64,000 bases of DNA from a virus, in IMG/VR virus record IMGVR_UViG_3300013102_000032, positions 1 to 64,000 of that record. One strand, 5' to 3'. Under the pieces are notes generated by a model. That model ran no database searches. It was not told the DNA's origin and saw nothing but the letters and a program-made list of their open reading frames with translations. The position numbers and the translations under genes were made by a program. Shown piece by piece: positions 48,026 through 58,209 of the stretch. Position 1 is the stretch's first letter. The number at the start of each line of letters is the position of its first letter.

Positions 48026-49000
48026 TTAATAATCATAATCACTATCTCTCATTGATTCTGCAGGCGACATAAGGTATCCATTACCAACCGAAGAAAAGAA
48101 GTCATGATTAGATGTACTTGTAGACAATCCATTTAGTACGATTGGATTTATATCATTTGCACCCTCTGGAAATAAAGGAGATAAGCCTAGGTTCATTAAA
48201 GCTTTATTCGCATTATATCTAAGGAATACTTTTACATCTTCTGTCCAACCAATTTCATCATATAGATACTCAGTGTACTTTGCTTCATTTTCGTATAGTT
48301 TATAGAGTAATGAGTAAGCCCATGCCGACAGTTCATCTTGCTCTTCCTTACTTAGCTCTTTAAATCCTAACTTAAACTTATAACCAATATATCCACCATG
48401 CTCTGACTCATCACGAATTATCAATCTAATAACTTCCGCTACGTTCATCAAAGTTTTATTTCCTAAGTAATATAGTGGAGTATAGAAACCACTATAAAAC
48501 ATAAACGACTCTAGGAATACACTTGCTACCTTCTTCTGTAGAGGCGTTCCGTTTTGATAGATGTCATCGATGATAGTAGCTTTATTTTGAAGAAACTCAT
48601 TCTCAGTGATCCATTCGAAAATGTCACGAATTTCTTTGTTGGTATTCAATGTACTATAGATAGAAGAGTAACTTCTTGCATGTTCTGTTTCCATCCACTG
48701 TATTTGATTTAATACATCGACTTCCATATCAGTTCTAGCATCATCACGAAGAGATGCTACGCCACTACGAGATTGTAGTGTGTCTAACAATGTTAATCCA
48801 CCAAAGACTTTCTCTACCAAACGCTTCTCAACGTCTGGTAGCTTACTCCAATCCGACTTATCTTTCGACACTGGCATACGTGTTGAAAACCATGTCTGAG
48901 CAGTCAGTTTCTCATATGTAATCTTATCAACTATATCTTCTACTGCATTCCAGTTTACACCTTCATACACCTTTAATTCTTGCAGTTCTTTCATTGCCAT
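48026..49000 (-). CDS. nrdF: Ribonucleotide reductase class Ib beta subunit
   Basis: GLTLLDT, EHARSYS, FLESFMFYSGF, IIRDESEH, NHDFFS. Confidence 0.95.
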   Translation of the reverse strand: MAMKELQELKVYEGVNWNAVEDIVDKITYEKLTAQTWFSTRMPVSKDKSDWSKLPDVEKRLVEKVFGGLTLLDTLQSRSGVASLRDDARTDMEVDVLNQIQWMETEHARSYSSIYSTLNTNKEIRDIFEWITENEFLQNKATIIDDIYQNGTPLQKKVASVFLESFMFYSGFYTPLYYLGNKTLMNVAEVIRLIIRDESEHGGYIGYKFKLGFKELSKEEQDELSAWAYSLLYKLYENEAKYTEYLYDEIGWTEDVKVFLRYNANKALMNLGLSPLFPEGANDINPIVLNGLSTSTSNHDFFSSVGNGYLMSPAESMRDSDYDY

Positions 49001-49014
49001 TTCCGTTTTCCTCC

Positions 49015-51201
49015 TTAGATTGAGCAGTTAGCACATTCATTTACTGATACTGATTCACTTCCGTCATCAGTATAGGTACGAATATAGTAAATACTCTTAA
49101 TACCATGTTTCCAAGCGTAGTTTCTAAGGATACTCAAATCTCTTGTAGTTTTTGTAGTCGGATACTCACTGCCAACTTTCCACTCATACATTCCTTCTGG
49201 TAGTTCTGACCTCATAAACATAGTCATCGATAAACCTTGGTCTACGTGTTTCTGTGCCGTTGCATAAATATCGATTATTTTTCTTTGGTCGATATCGTAA
49301 GCCATTGTATAATATGGAATTGTTTCATCTGACAAGTATGGTGCAGGGTAGTAAACCTTACCACGCTTACCTTCTACCCTTTCCTCAATACGTTGAGTAA
49401 TCGGATGAATACTTGCCGTAGCTTCATTCACATAAGATATACTTCCAGTAGGAGCTACCGCTAATCTATAAGCATTGTAAATTCCATGCTCCATAACTGA
49501 TTCTTTTAATGCTTTCCAGTCCTCAATAGTTGGAATATAAATTCCTTTAAATAACTTCTTAACTACTTCAAGTTGTGGCGTATATTCTTTTTCTAGATAC
49601 ATATTGAAGTATTCGCCAGTAGCATATTTAGACTTATCAAAATCAACGAATGTCTCTTTTCTCTCAATAGAGATGTTATTGCTCTCTACTAGAGTCCAGT
49701 AATTAAGCAACAAGAAGTAGATGTCTACAAATTCGATAGACTCTGGCGAGCCGTAATGTATCTTATTTTTAGCTAAGTAGCCATGTAAATCCATAGCTCC
49801 AAGACCTGTTGAATGATTTCTATTATTGCCGTTTACAACAGATGGCACTACGTCTACATTAGAGCTATCTGAAACTTGAGTTAAGGCTCTATGCATTACT
49901 CTAATAGATTTTCCAACGTCTTTTGATGCCATTAGATTAGTTGTATTTGTTGATGCAAGGTTACAACTAATATCATATCCTAACTCTTTATAAGTTTGGT
50001 CATTATTAATTACAGAATCTTTCATTACTTGAAAAATTTCTGTGCATAAATTACTCATAGTGATAATTCCGTTAATAGGATTAGCACCGTTCGCAGTATC
50101 TATATTAATAATATATGGATATCCACTTTCATTTTGAAGATTACTAATTTCTTGTTCTAAGTCACGAGCTTTGACTTTAGATTTTCGAATGTTAGGATTA
50201 TCAACCATATTGTCATACTCTTTTGTGATATCTACATTAGAGAATGGTACACCGTATTCTTTCTCTACATCATGAGGACTGAATAGATACATGTCAGAAT
50301 TTTTCTTAACAAGTTCGTAGAATTTGTCTGGCACTACTAACCCTAATGATAATGTTTTGATACGAGTTTTCTCATCTGCATTTTCTTTTCTTACAGATAG
50401 AAAGTCAACAACGTCTGGATGGAATATGCTTAAGTAAACTACTCCTGCTCCGTCTCTTGCTCCGCCTTGATTAGCGTAAGAGAAAGCATCTTCTAGAATC
50501 TTCATGATTGGTACTATACCATCAGCAAGACCTAGTACACCTTTGATTGGATCGTTGTTGGCACGCACGTTGGTAAGCACTACTCCTACACCGCCACCTA
50601 TTTTAGATAGTTGCAATACAGAGTTCTGCAGTCTGCCGATACTATTCATGTTATCGCCTACAGTCAATAGGAAGCATGACACCATTTCCCCTGCTCTCTT
50701 CTTGCCTGCGTTCAAAAATGTGGGTGTTGCAGGTTGGAATCGTTGATTAATAAGTTCATCGGCAATATCCAATGCCAACTCTTCACTACCATTAGCTAAA
50801 AGCATGGCATTAAAAGCCAGTCGGTCTTCAAATCTCTCTAAAAACAACTTCTTATCATCTGTTTTCATTGCGTATTGTTCATAGAATTTATACGCACCCA
50901 TAAAAGAGCGGAATCTATGCTTCTTGTTGTATATTTTTTGGAATAGTTTTTTTACAAACTTTCTATCGTACATTTCTACTAAATTCTTATGTATGTAATC
51001 ATTTTCTACTAAGTAGTCTAACTTCTCATCAAGCGTATGGAAAAACATTGTATGCGTATTCACATACTCTAAGAAGTAAGCCTTGACTGCTTCTTTGTCT
51101 TTATCTAACTGAATCTTTCCATCCTTGGGAATATTAATTAAGTTATTCAACTTAAAATATGTATCCTCTTTAGCCTTACTCTTTAACTCTGGTGATTTCA
51201 A
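49015..51201 (-). CDS. nrdE: Ribonucleotide reductase class Ib alpha subunit
   Basis: QPATPTFLN, SCFL, SNLCTEI, APTGSISY, YYIRT, C-terminal CxxC. Confidence 0.96.
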   Translation of the reverse strand: MKSPELKSKAKEDTYFKLNNLINIPKDGKIQLDKDKEAVKAYFLEYVNTHTMFFHTLDEKLDYLVENDYIHKNLVEMYDRKFVKKLFQKIYNKKHRFRSFMGAYKFYEQYAMKTDDKKLFLERFEDRLAFNAMLLANGSEELALDIADELINQRFQPATPTFLNAGKKRAGEMVSCFLLTVGDNMNSIGRLQNSVLQLSKIGGGVGVVLTNVRANNDPIKGVLGLADGIVPIMKILEDAFSYANQGGARDGAGVVYLSIFHPDVVDFLSVRKENADEKTRIKTLSLGLVVPDKFYELVKKNSDMYLFSPHDVEKEYGVPFSNVDITKEYDNMVDNPNIRKSKVKARDLEQEISNLQNESGYPYIINIDTANGANPINGIITMSNLCTEIFQVMKDSVINNDQTYKELGYDISCNLASTNTTNLMASKDVGKSIRVMHRALTQVSDSSNVDVVPSVVNGNNRNHSTGLGAMDLHGYLAKNKIHYGSPESIEFVDIYFLLLNYWTLVESNNISIERKETFVDFDKSKYATGEYFNMYLEKEYTPQLEVVKKLFKGIYIPTIEDWKALKESVMEHGIYNAYRLAVAPTGSISYVNEATASIHPITQRIEERVEGKRGKVYYPAPYLSDETIPYYTMAYDIDQRKIIDIYATAQKHVDQGLSMTMFMRSELPEGMYEWKVGSEYPTTKTTRDLSILRNYAWKHGIKSIYYIRTYTDDGSESVSVNECANCSI

Positions 51202-51556
51202 TTCTTTCCACTTCCTTCTTAAATGCTAAAACATCGTTGTCTCCACTAAATTCAAAATCAAATATTAATGGTTTATTGTATTTTTTTGATAAATCTTTTG
51301 CATTAAAAACATATTCTGTACCGAAGTTTCTACTTCCACTTCCCACGATTCCTTTGAGATGCTTAAGATTATCTTTGTATTCTATAAAATCACTGAAAGT
51401 ATTAGTTATACTGTCATCATACGTTGGCACAATGACAATATAATCTCTATTTACCTCTTTTAAAGAATCATTAAAATCTATCTCCAAAGAATCCATATCT
51501 AGAAAGCTAACAAATTTGTAAACATTCCCTGTAACAGACATGAATACTATCAGCAT
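51176..51556 (-). CDS. nrdI: Flavodoxin NrdI
   Basis: SVTGNV..F, PTY, GSGSRNFG, FEFSG. Confidence 0.92.
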   Translation of the reverse strand: MLIVFMSVTGNVYKFVSFLDMDSLEIDFNDSLKEVNRDYIVIVPTYDDSITNTFSDFIEYKDNLKHLKGIVGSGSRNFGTEYVFNAKDLSKKYNKPLIFDFEFSGDNDVLAFKKEVERIEITRVKE

Positions 51557-51558
51557 TA

Positions 51559-51801
51559 TTACTTCAATGCCTTTAGTTTTTCTGGTTGGAAGTCAAAGAA
51601 TGGCTCTACACCCTCTGCAACTACCACTGGCATAGTACGAAATTCTAATTCTTCAACAACGAAACGATAGCCTTCACGACCTTTATCTGTATCGTCTTCT
51701 ATATTGATTAAATCAAATTCGATCCCTTCACCTTTTAAAACTGCTTTAGTCATATCGCATTTTGGACAACCATTCTTCGTATAAACTGTAACTTTACTCA
51801 T
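51559..51801 (-). CDS. nrdH: Glutaredoxin-like NrdH
   Basis: VYTKNGCPKC...MPVV. Confidence 0.9.
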   Translation of the reverse strand: MSKVTVYTKNGCPKCDMTKAVLKGEGIEFDLINIEDDTDKGREGYRFVVEELEFRTMPVVVAEGVEPFFDFQPEKLKALK

Positions 51802-51803
51802 AA

Positions 51804-52070
51804 TTATAAATCTCCCTTTTCGTTTGTTTTAATCCAGTATCCTTCTGAGATGCTTTCAATCATTTCACTTCTGTCGTAAAATAATTCGACAGTAGTATTA
51901 TCTTCTAATTTAAAAGTTACAAGATAATTGCCATCGGCTAATTCCAATACTCTGAATATAGTGCTAGAATCATTCTTTGATACCCATTGTGAAGGGTGTA
52001 ATCTAAAGTAGCTCATTGAATACCTCGCTTTTGTTCTATGTATTTTATTAAAGATAAGAATTTTCACCAC
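51804..52070 (-). CDS. Hypothetical protein
   Basis: ORF upstream of nrdH. Confidence 0.5.
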   Translation of the reverse strand: MVKILIFNKIHRTKARYSMSYFRLHPSQWVSKNDSSTIFRVLELADGNYLVTFKLEDNTTVELFYDRSEMIESISEGYWIKTNEKGDL

Positions 52071-52124
52071 CCTCTAATAAATATAGTGACGGCATCTAAC
52101 GAATACCGCCACATCAGTATAACC

Positions 52125-52153
52125 ATTATATCATAATCTATTATACTTGTCAA
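52125..52153 (-). promoter_or_regulatory. Sigma-A promoter of the nrd operon
   Basis: TTGACA-17-TATAAT with TGn. Confidence 0.75.
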
Positions 52154-52174
52154 TTAGTTGGCTACATCTTAATA

Positions 52175-53665
52175 TTAATAATATGCTTCTATTAAACCTT
52201 TTTCTTCTGCCCATTCTTTTATAAATTCCTTCTCTTCTTCTCTGACTGGACGATTAGCAAATCCTCTTGCTTGACGTATATTAAAACCACGTACTTCAAT
52301 CGTAGCTAATGGTTTGTCAATTTCTTCTACATCACGTAAGAATAGAATCTTACATTTATCGCTAATAATATCTTTAGAGTAAGAAGCGACACAATGGGAT
52401 AGCTGATTTCCTTCTTTCATAAGGTCTTCGGAAGACTGTGGAGATACAATCGCATATTTACTCTTTTTCTTTTCATAGACTAGATTTTTATAAGATTTTT
52501 TATCTACAGACAACTTAAATAACTTATGTTGCTCTTTTCCGTCATTAATTAGCTTGTAGTTCATCTGTACGACATCATGCTCTTTCTTGAGAGATTTAGG
52601 GTATTTCTCATAATCTAATCCCATACTTCTAGACATTCGTATGTAATCTCTTAAATATGTACAAGCGTTCGTGGGCGACTCGATCCCTTGAGTTAATCTA
52701 CATTCTCTAAACAGGTATAATACTAGTTTTTTGATATTAGTATAATCATAGTCAACATGAATTTGCATCAGTCTCTCTATAGTATTAGAAAGTTCTTTGA
52801 TGTTACTTTCATCTTTGACTATAGCCATGATATCTTGAAACTTGTTATTATCAAGATGCTTGAAGTGTCCTTGAAGCTCTTGTAATACTCTTCTGTCAAT
52901 AGAAATATCTTCTCTAATATAAGACATCATGAATCTAGGCACTTTAAGTATCTCATGAGGTTTTGTCTTAGTTGTATCTACTAAAGTATCTGCAGTTCCA
53001 CTACGATAATGATTTCCTCTAAAGAATCTATTAACGTTTGGCACACCTGCATTTGCTAATATTTGCAACCAACTATGCTCATCCGCCATAAGCCTAATTA
53101 GACCTCTCATTATATTATTCTTTTTATTATAGCTAACGTGAGATAAGCTATTAACAACTTTATAAAGACCCTCTGTAACCTCTGTTGATATATATTGAAT
53201 AAATGCACTATCATCTAAACCAGTAAAAAACAATCTATTGGTATCGTCTAATCTATTATATCTTACATTGTCTGCATCATAGTCGTACTCAACCTCATCA
53301 TTTCTCCACACTTTAAGAGTTTTATCTACGATATCATACTCCATCTCTCGCTTAAGGTTCTCTTTTAAAGTAATCAGAAATCCTTCATCATACCTAATGC
53401 TTAAGTTTGTACGCTTTATTTTAAAACCACGATTATCTCTTCTAGAATACTCTAGATACGGAATAACAAATCTACCGCTATTGTTACAGTGCTTTCGATC
53501 AACAAAGTAATCGTTCTTACAACCTTCGCATTGTATTTTATTATCATAATAGCCATTTATTAAAGTATGTACTCCACAACTGCATACACCCACAGCTTGA
53601 TGGTATCGATTATTCCTTTTAACTATAATACCAAATCTATAATTGTCAGTTAGAGACTTGCTCAT
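52175..53665 (-). CDS. PcfJ-domain protein
   Basis: DYIRM, PKSLKKEHD, EG..LSHCVASY, Q.RG..N motifs; N-terminal Cys pairs. Confidence 0.82.
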   Translation of the reverse strand: MSKSLTDNYRFGIIVKRNNRYHQAVGVCSCGVHTLINGYYDNKIQCEGCKNDYFVDRKHCNNSGRFVIPYLEYSRRDNRGFKIKRTNLSIRYDEGFLITLKENLKREMEYDIVDKTLKVWRNDEVEYDYDADNVRYNRLDDTNRLFFTGLDDSAFIQYISTEVTEGLYKVVNSLSHVSYNKKNNIMRGLIRLMADEHSWLQILANAGVPNVNRFFRGNHYRSGTADTLVDTTKTKPHEILKVPRFMMSYIREDISIDRRVLQELQGHFKHLDNNKFQDIMAIVKDESNIKELSNTIERLMQIHVDYDYTNIKKLVLYLFRECRLTQGIESPTNACTYLRDYIRMSRSMGLDYEKYPKSLKKEHDVVQMNYKLINDGKEQHKLFKLSVDKKSYKNLVYEKKKSKYAIVSPQSSEDLMKEGNQLSHCVASYSKDIISDKCKILFLRDVEEIDKPLATIEVRGFNIRQARGFANRPVREEEKEFIKEWAEEKGLIEAYY

Positions 53666-53693
53666 TCAATCACTCCTTTTTGTTTGTATGATA

Positions 53694-53722
53694 ATTATAT
53701 CATTATTTGTGTTACTTGTCAA
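53694..53722 (-). promoter_or_regulatory. Sigma-A promoter
   Basis: TTGACA-17-TATAAT with ATAATG. Confidence 0.78.
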
Positions 53723-53725
53723 TGA

Positions 53726-54055
53726 TTATACAGTTTTAAATTCAAAAATATCAAGCACAGTTCCTATTTGATTAAATGATTTACGTACTGATTCTCCGTT
53801 TTGTAAATTCTCAACTTTTATATAGCTAGCGTAAGTACCTCTGTTTCCGCCTGCATACTTAACTGGAATTGAAAGCATTATCTTGTCACCAATTAAAAGG
53901 TCTTTAAACATTTCTGCCTTGGTATTCTTTTTAATATTTACTATTTCTAGAATTTCACTTTTTAAGATAATATCCACACTGTCACCTCTATTCTTATTAA
54001 AATAAATACCGTAAGATTTACTTACGGTATTTTCCAATGCCTGCCGATTTAACAC
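53726..54055 (-). CDS. Hypothetical protein (true start probably GTG ~53976)
   Basis: ORF with internal RBS GAGGTG. Confidence 0.5.
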   Translation of the reverse strand: MLNRQALENTVSKSYGIYFNKNRGDSVDIILKSEILEIVNIKKNTKAEMFKDLLIGDKIMLSIPVKYAGGNRGTYASYIKVENLQNGESVRKSFNQIGTVLDIFEFKTV

Positions 54056-56147
54056 GATAATACTCTAGGTCGTCTGAATCAAAATTGCTAGACAATACGT
54101 ATTCGACAGTCGTGCTTTCATTTTTAGTCTTCTGAATCTGTACTCCAATTGTGGTTTTACTAGTCTTAGAGTTGACTAAAGATGTGTTAAATAACAATAC
54201 TTTGTCAATAGATGAAACTGTAACCAAATCAATGTCATCATGGATATGATTAAAGTAAATTGCTTTTTTGTCGGCATATGCATTTTTAAGCATACTTCTA
54301 TTTTGCTTTGTTTGATATGCTGATAACTCAATCTTAGCGACCTTACCATCCTCAAAGCCAATCAATAGATTTCCTGTGTAGTCATTTGTGACTGTTACGA
54401 ATTGAATCTCTTCATCATCCAGTTTTAATAGTGATGGTAAGTATTCGCCCATTACAGAAGGTTTATGGTCTTCTAGTTCATGAGCCTTATATTTGTACAC
54501 ATTCTTTTTATCTGTAAATACTAATATATCAGAATTATTAGTAGTCTCAAACTCGCTAACAATTTCATCTCCATCTTTTACCTTGATAGCGAAGCCACCA
54601 CGTAATGATGTTAATGGAATTTTCTTCAAGTAACCTTCTCTAGTTACGAATACTTTTACATTGTAATCTTCAATAGATTCTTCTGCAATGTTGATTGTAG
54701 GAATTTCACTAACTTCAATTATTTTGCTCTTACGATCTTCTCCGTATTCCTTCTTGACACTTTCTAGTTGACTGATTATCAATTTAGCCAATACAGATTT
54801 GTTATTAATGATTTCGCCTAACTTCTCAATCTCTTTATCCAACTCTTCAATCTCAGAAATACGATTGATTAAGTATTCTTTATTAAGATGTTTTAACTTG
54901 ATTTCAGCAACGTACTCCGCTTGCTTCTCATCGATACCAAACTCTTTGATTAAGTTTGATACAACGTCTTTATTAAGCTTAGTTTCACGAATGATATGAA
55001 TTGCTTTATCAACATCTAATAATACTTTCTTCAAAGCTAGTAATAGATGTTTCTTCTCTATTTTCTTATTGATGTCAAAGTTAGCCCCACGCTTAATTGC
55101 GTTGGCTCTAAACTTAACCCACTCGCTAACTATTTGTTTTACGCCTAGTACTTGTGGACGACCATCAACAACGATATTGAAGTTACAAGAAAAAGCATCT
55201 TCTAATGCAGTCATTTTATATAATTTCTCAACCAATAGCTCTTTGTTAGTGCCTTTTTTAACAATGACTTCGATACCCTTAGTTTCATTGCCATAAATAT
55301 CGTCAACATCAACTACCTCTTTTAAACTACCGCTCTTTACAAGTGCTGAAATTTTATCAATGATAGCTTCATACTTTGTTTCATATGGCAGTTCCTCAAA
55401 GATAATTGAGTTCTCTGTTATAGTATGGGTAGCACGAATCCTTACAGAGCCTACTCCTGTATCTAGAATCTTATCCATCTCTTTCTGATTATAGATTATA
55501 TTACCACCTGTAGGAAAGTCTGGTGCTTTGATGTAGTCAGATACCACAACATTTTTAGGATTCTTGATGAATGCTACTGTGAAATCAATAACCTCTTTCA
55601 AATTGAAAGATGCAATATTAGTAGACATACCAACGGCAGTTCCAGTTTGCACATTCGTCAAAATATTAGGGAATGTAACTGGCAATAACTTAGGCTCTTT
55701 CATTTCTGAATCATAGTTATCTACCATTTCAACAGTGTCTTTATTAATATCTGCAAATAGCTCTTTTGCTATTTTTGCCAACTTAACCTCTGTGTAACGT
55801 GCAGAAGCGTATTTCATATCTCTAGAATATTGCTTACCAAAGTTCCCTTTAGAGTTAATATATGGCAATAGCAAGGCTTCGTTATCTGTAGCCATACGCA
55901 CCATTGCTTCATAAATCGCTCCATCACCATGAGGATGTAGGAACATCGTAGAACCTACAACCCCTTGTGATTTTTTACGATTACTATTTAATAACCCCAT
56001 CAGATACATTGTATACAATATTCTTCGTTGAGACGGTTTAAATCCATCGATCTCTGGTAACGCTCGATACAAAATTACGTATGCTGAGTACGGCATGAAA
56101 TTTGTAACCAAGCTATCTGTAATATTATGTTTTAACATTTGTGTCAT
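54018..56147 (-). CDS. gyrA: Type IIA topoisomerase subunit A (GyrA/ParC)
   Basis: RALP..DGFKPSQRR, HPHGD, ARYTE, PDFPTGG. Confidence 0.92.
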   Translation of the reverse strand: MTQMLKHNITDSLVTNFMPYSAYVILYRALPEIDGFKPSQRRILYTMYLMGLLNSNRKKSQGVVGSTMFLHPHGDGAIYEAMVRMATDNEALLLPYINSKGNFGKQYSRDMKYASARYTEVKLAKIAKELFADINKDTVEMVDNYDSEMKEPKLLPVTFPNILTNVQTGTAVGMSTNIASFNLKEVIDFTVAFIKNPKNVVVSDYIKAPDFPTGGNIIYNQKEMDKILDTGVGSVRIRATHTITENSIIFEELPYETKYEAIIDKISALVKSGSLKEVVDVDDIYGNETKGIEVIVKKGTNKELLVEKLYKMTALEDAFSCNFNIVVDGRPQVLGVKQIVSEWVKFRANAIKRGANFDINKKIEKKHLLLALKKVLLDVDKAIHIIRETKLNKDVVSNLIKEFGIDEKQAEYVAEIKLKHLNKEYLINRISEIEELDKEIEKLGEIINNKSVLAKLIISQLESVKKEYGEDRKSKIIEVSEIPTINIAEESIEDYNVKVFVTREGYLKKIPLTSLRGGFAIKVKDGDEIVSEFETTNNSDILVFTDKKNVYKYKAHELEDHKPSVMGEYLPSLLKLDDEEIQFVTVTNDYTGNLLIGFEDGKVAKIELSAYQTKQNRSMLKNAYADKKAIYFNHIHDDIDLVTVSSIDKVLLFNTSLVNSKTSKTTIGVQIQKTKNESTTVEYVLSSNFDSDDLEYYRVKSAGIGKYRK

Positions 56148-56171
56148 TCATATCATCCTTTCATTACTACA

Positions 56172-56200
56172 AGTATACCATTATTTTTTGCATTAGTCAA
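56172..56200 (-). promoter_or_regulatory. Sigma-A promoter upstream of subunit A
   Basis: TTGACT-17-TATACT with ATAATG. Confidence 0.7.
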
Positions 56201-58151
56201 GAGGTTCATCAATATATTTATGAAGATTGTCTTCAATATATTGTTTACGTCCAGACAAATCATCTCCAAGAAGCATGTCGAAGTAATCCCTCATCTTCTC
56301 ATCTGTATCTGCTTGAATTTGAATTAGCTTACGAGTCTTAGGATTCATCGTTGTGTCCCACATCATTTTAGGTGTATTCTCACCTAGTCCTTTTGATCGT
56401 TGGATGTTAATTTTTCCTTTTAGATTTGCCACAATTTCATCTTTTTCTTTGTCATTGTAGGCAAAATATGATACATCGTCATTCTCAATCTCGTATAATG
56501 GAGATTCTACAATGAATACCTTACCTTCATGAATAAGCGTAGGCATTAAGGCATATATAAGAGTTAGTATTAAAGTCCTAATATGGAATCCATCAACATC
56601 TGCATCTGTTGTGATAACAATCTTAGACCATCGTAATTTTTTGATATCAAACTCGCCAATGTCTTTAGTAAACTTAGACTTGACTTCTACTCCACATCCT
56701 AATAATTTAATAATGTCTAAGATTATCTCATTACTGAATATTCTACTATGGTCTGCTTTTAAACAGTTTAATATCTTACCACGAATAGCAAGAATAGCTT
56801 GTATGCGACTATCTCTACCTTGTTGCGTAGATCCTAGAGCAGATTTACCCTCTACTATGTATAACTCTGTTTCTGAATTATCTTTTGACTTACAGTTTAC
56901 AAAACCATCTACACGATTAGTTAAATTATTAACTGTACCACCAAGCTTTTTCTTAACATTTAATCGTGTCTCTTCGGCTTTCTCGCGACTACGCTTATTA
57001 ACAAGTACTTGAGATAAAATCAATTTAGCCTCATTAGGATTTTCAATAAGATAGATTGACAATTGCTCACGTAGCCATTTAGTTATTTCTGTCTTCATGA
57101 AATCAGAATCAATCTTCTTCTTAGTTTGGTCTGAGAATAAAGAAATTGTAGAAGCGGTACTTGAAATAATGATAAGACTGTCTGAGATATCTTCGAAAGT
57201 TACCTTCTTCTCATTCTTATTATATAAACCTTGGTCTTTTAAGAATTTATCAATTACAAATGTAAATGAGTTCTTAATAAAGTCTTCTGGTGTTCCGCCA
57301 TTTTCTAACCATGAAGTATTGTGATAATATCTATTAAATGAAGTTTCACGATTAAAGCTAAAATGAATATCTGCCTTAATCTTATAATCTTTATCCGACT
57401 CGTTATCCTTACCTCTTCGCTCAGTAGACAACGATATAACATCGGTTAAAATATGGTCTGCATTAGATAAAGACTTAATATAGTCAACGATACCGTTCTC
57501 ATAGTAAAACTCTATAGTTTCACCGTCTTTGGCATTTAATATAAATTTCAATCCACCATTTACAATAGCTTGGTCACTAAGAGTAGAAACAATAAAGTCG
57601 TCACTAATTTCTCCTTTACCACGAAATACTTCTGTGCTAGGAATCCAAGTAATTTCAGTTCCATCCGCTTCACCAGTATCATTTTTCGATTCAGTGAATG
57701 ATTTCTCTACGCCTTTTTCATATTCAACTGTGTATTTCTTACCATCACGATATGATGTTACTTTGAAGAAGTCAGAAGTATAGTTAGTACCTGTAGCACC
57801 AACACCGTTTGTTCCTAAACTATACTCATAATTTCCACCGTCTTCATCATTGTTCTTGTATTTTCCACCTGCCCAAAGCTCATCGAATACCTTCTTGTAA
57901 GCAAATTCTCCGTCACTATTCTTACCCATAGGTACTCCACGACCAAAATCTCTTACAGTCGTAGAGCCATCGCTATTCTTAGTTACACGAATTTCATCGC
58001 CATATCCTGCACGACCTTCATCTATAGAGTTACCTCCAATCTCTAGAAATGTATGGTCATTACTTTCTAAACCAATCGAAGCAGGTTTCTCCCTTACTCC
58101 GCCTAATATTCCTAGAGATTTCATGGAATCAGCATTATATTGTTTTGTCAT
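56193..58151 (-). CDS. gyrB: Type IIA topoisomerase subunit B (GyrB/ParE)
   Basis: E...NSIDE, DFGRGVP, GTNGVGA, TOPRIM EGKSA/RGKILN/TDADVDG, KGLGE. Confidence 0.93.
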   Translation of the reverse strand: MTKQYNADSMKSLGILGGVREKPASIGLESNDHTFLEIGGNSIDEGRAGYGDEIRVTKNSDGSTTVRDFGRGVPMGKNSDGEFAYKKVFDELWAGGKYKNNDEDGGNYEYSLGTNGVGATGTNYTSDFFKVTSYRDGKKYTVEYEKGVEKSFTESKNDTGEADGTEITWIPSTEVFRGKGEISDDFIVSTLSDQAIVNGGLKFILNAKDGETIEFYYENGIVDYIKSLSNADHILTDVISLSTERRGKDNESDKDYKIKADIHFSFNRETSFNRYYHNTSWLENGGTPEDFIKNSFTFVIDKFLKDQGLYNKNEKKVTFEDISDSLIIISSTASTISLFSDQTKKKIDSDFMKTEITKWLREQLSIYLIENPNEAKLILSQVLVNKRSREKAEETRLNVKKKLGGTVNNLTNRVDGFVNCKSKDNSETELYIVEGKSALGSTQQGRDSRIQAILAIRGKILNCLKADHSRIFSNEIILDIIKLLGCGVEVKSKFTKDIGEFDIKKLRWSKIVITTDADVDGFHIRTLILTLIYALMPTLIHEGKVFIVESPLYEIENDDVSYFAYNDKEKDEIVANLKGKINIQRSKGLGENTPKMMWDTTMNPKTRKLIQIQADTDEKMRDYFDMLLGDDLSGRKQYIEDNLHKYIDEPLD

Positions 58152-58180
58152 TTATTCCACCCTTTCATTAACACTCTATA

Positions 58181-58209
58181 AGTATACCATTATATTATAC
58201 ACTTGTCAA
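58181..58209 (-). promoter_or_regulatory. Sigma-A promoter upstream of subunit B
   Basis: TTGACA-17-TATACT with ATAATG. Confidence 0.75.

Noticed and set aside
48026-51201. Group I introns or intein in nrdE/nrdF, as in SPbeta
   Set aside because: Both ORFs are uninterrupted and of normal length; DnaE and the topoisomerase subunits also show no intein-sized insertion
52073-52090. Possible NrdR box upstream of the nrd operon (taataaatatagtg)
   Set aside because: Only a half-site match, with no second box at the expected spacing
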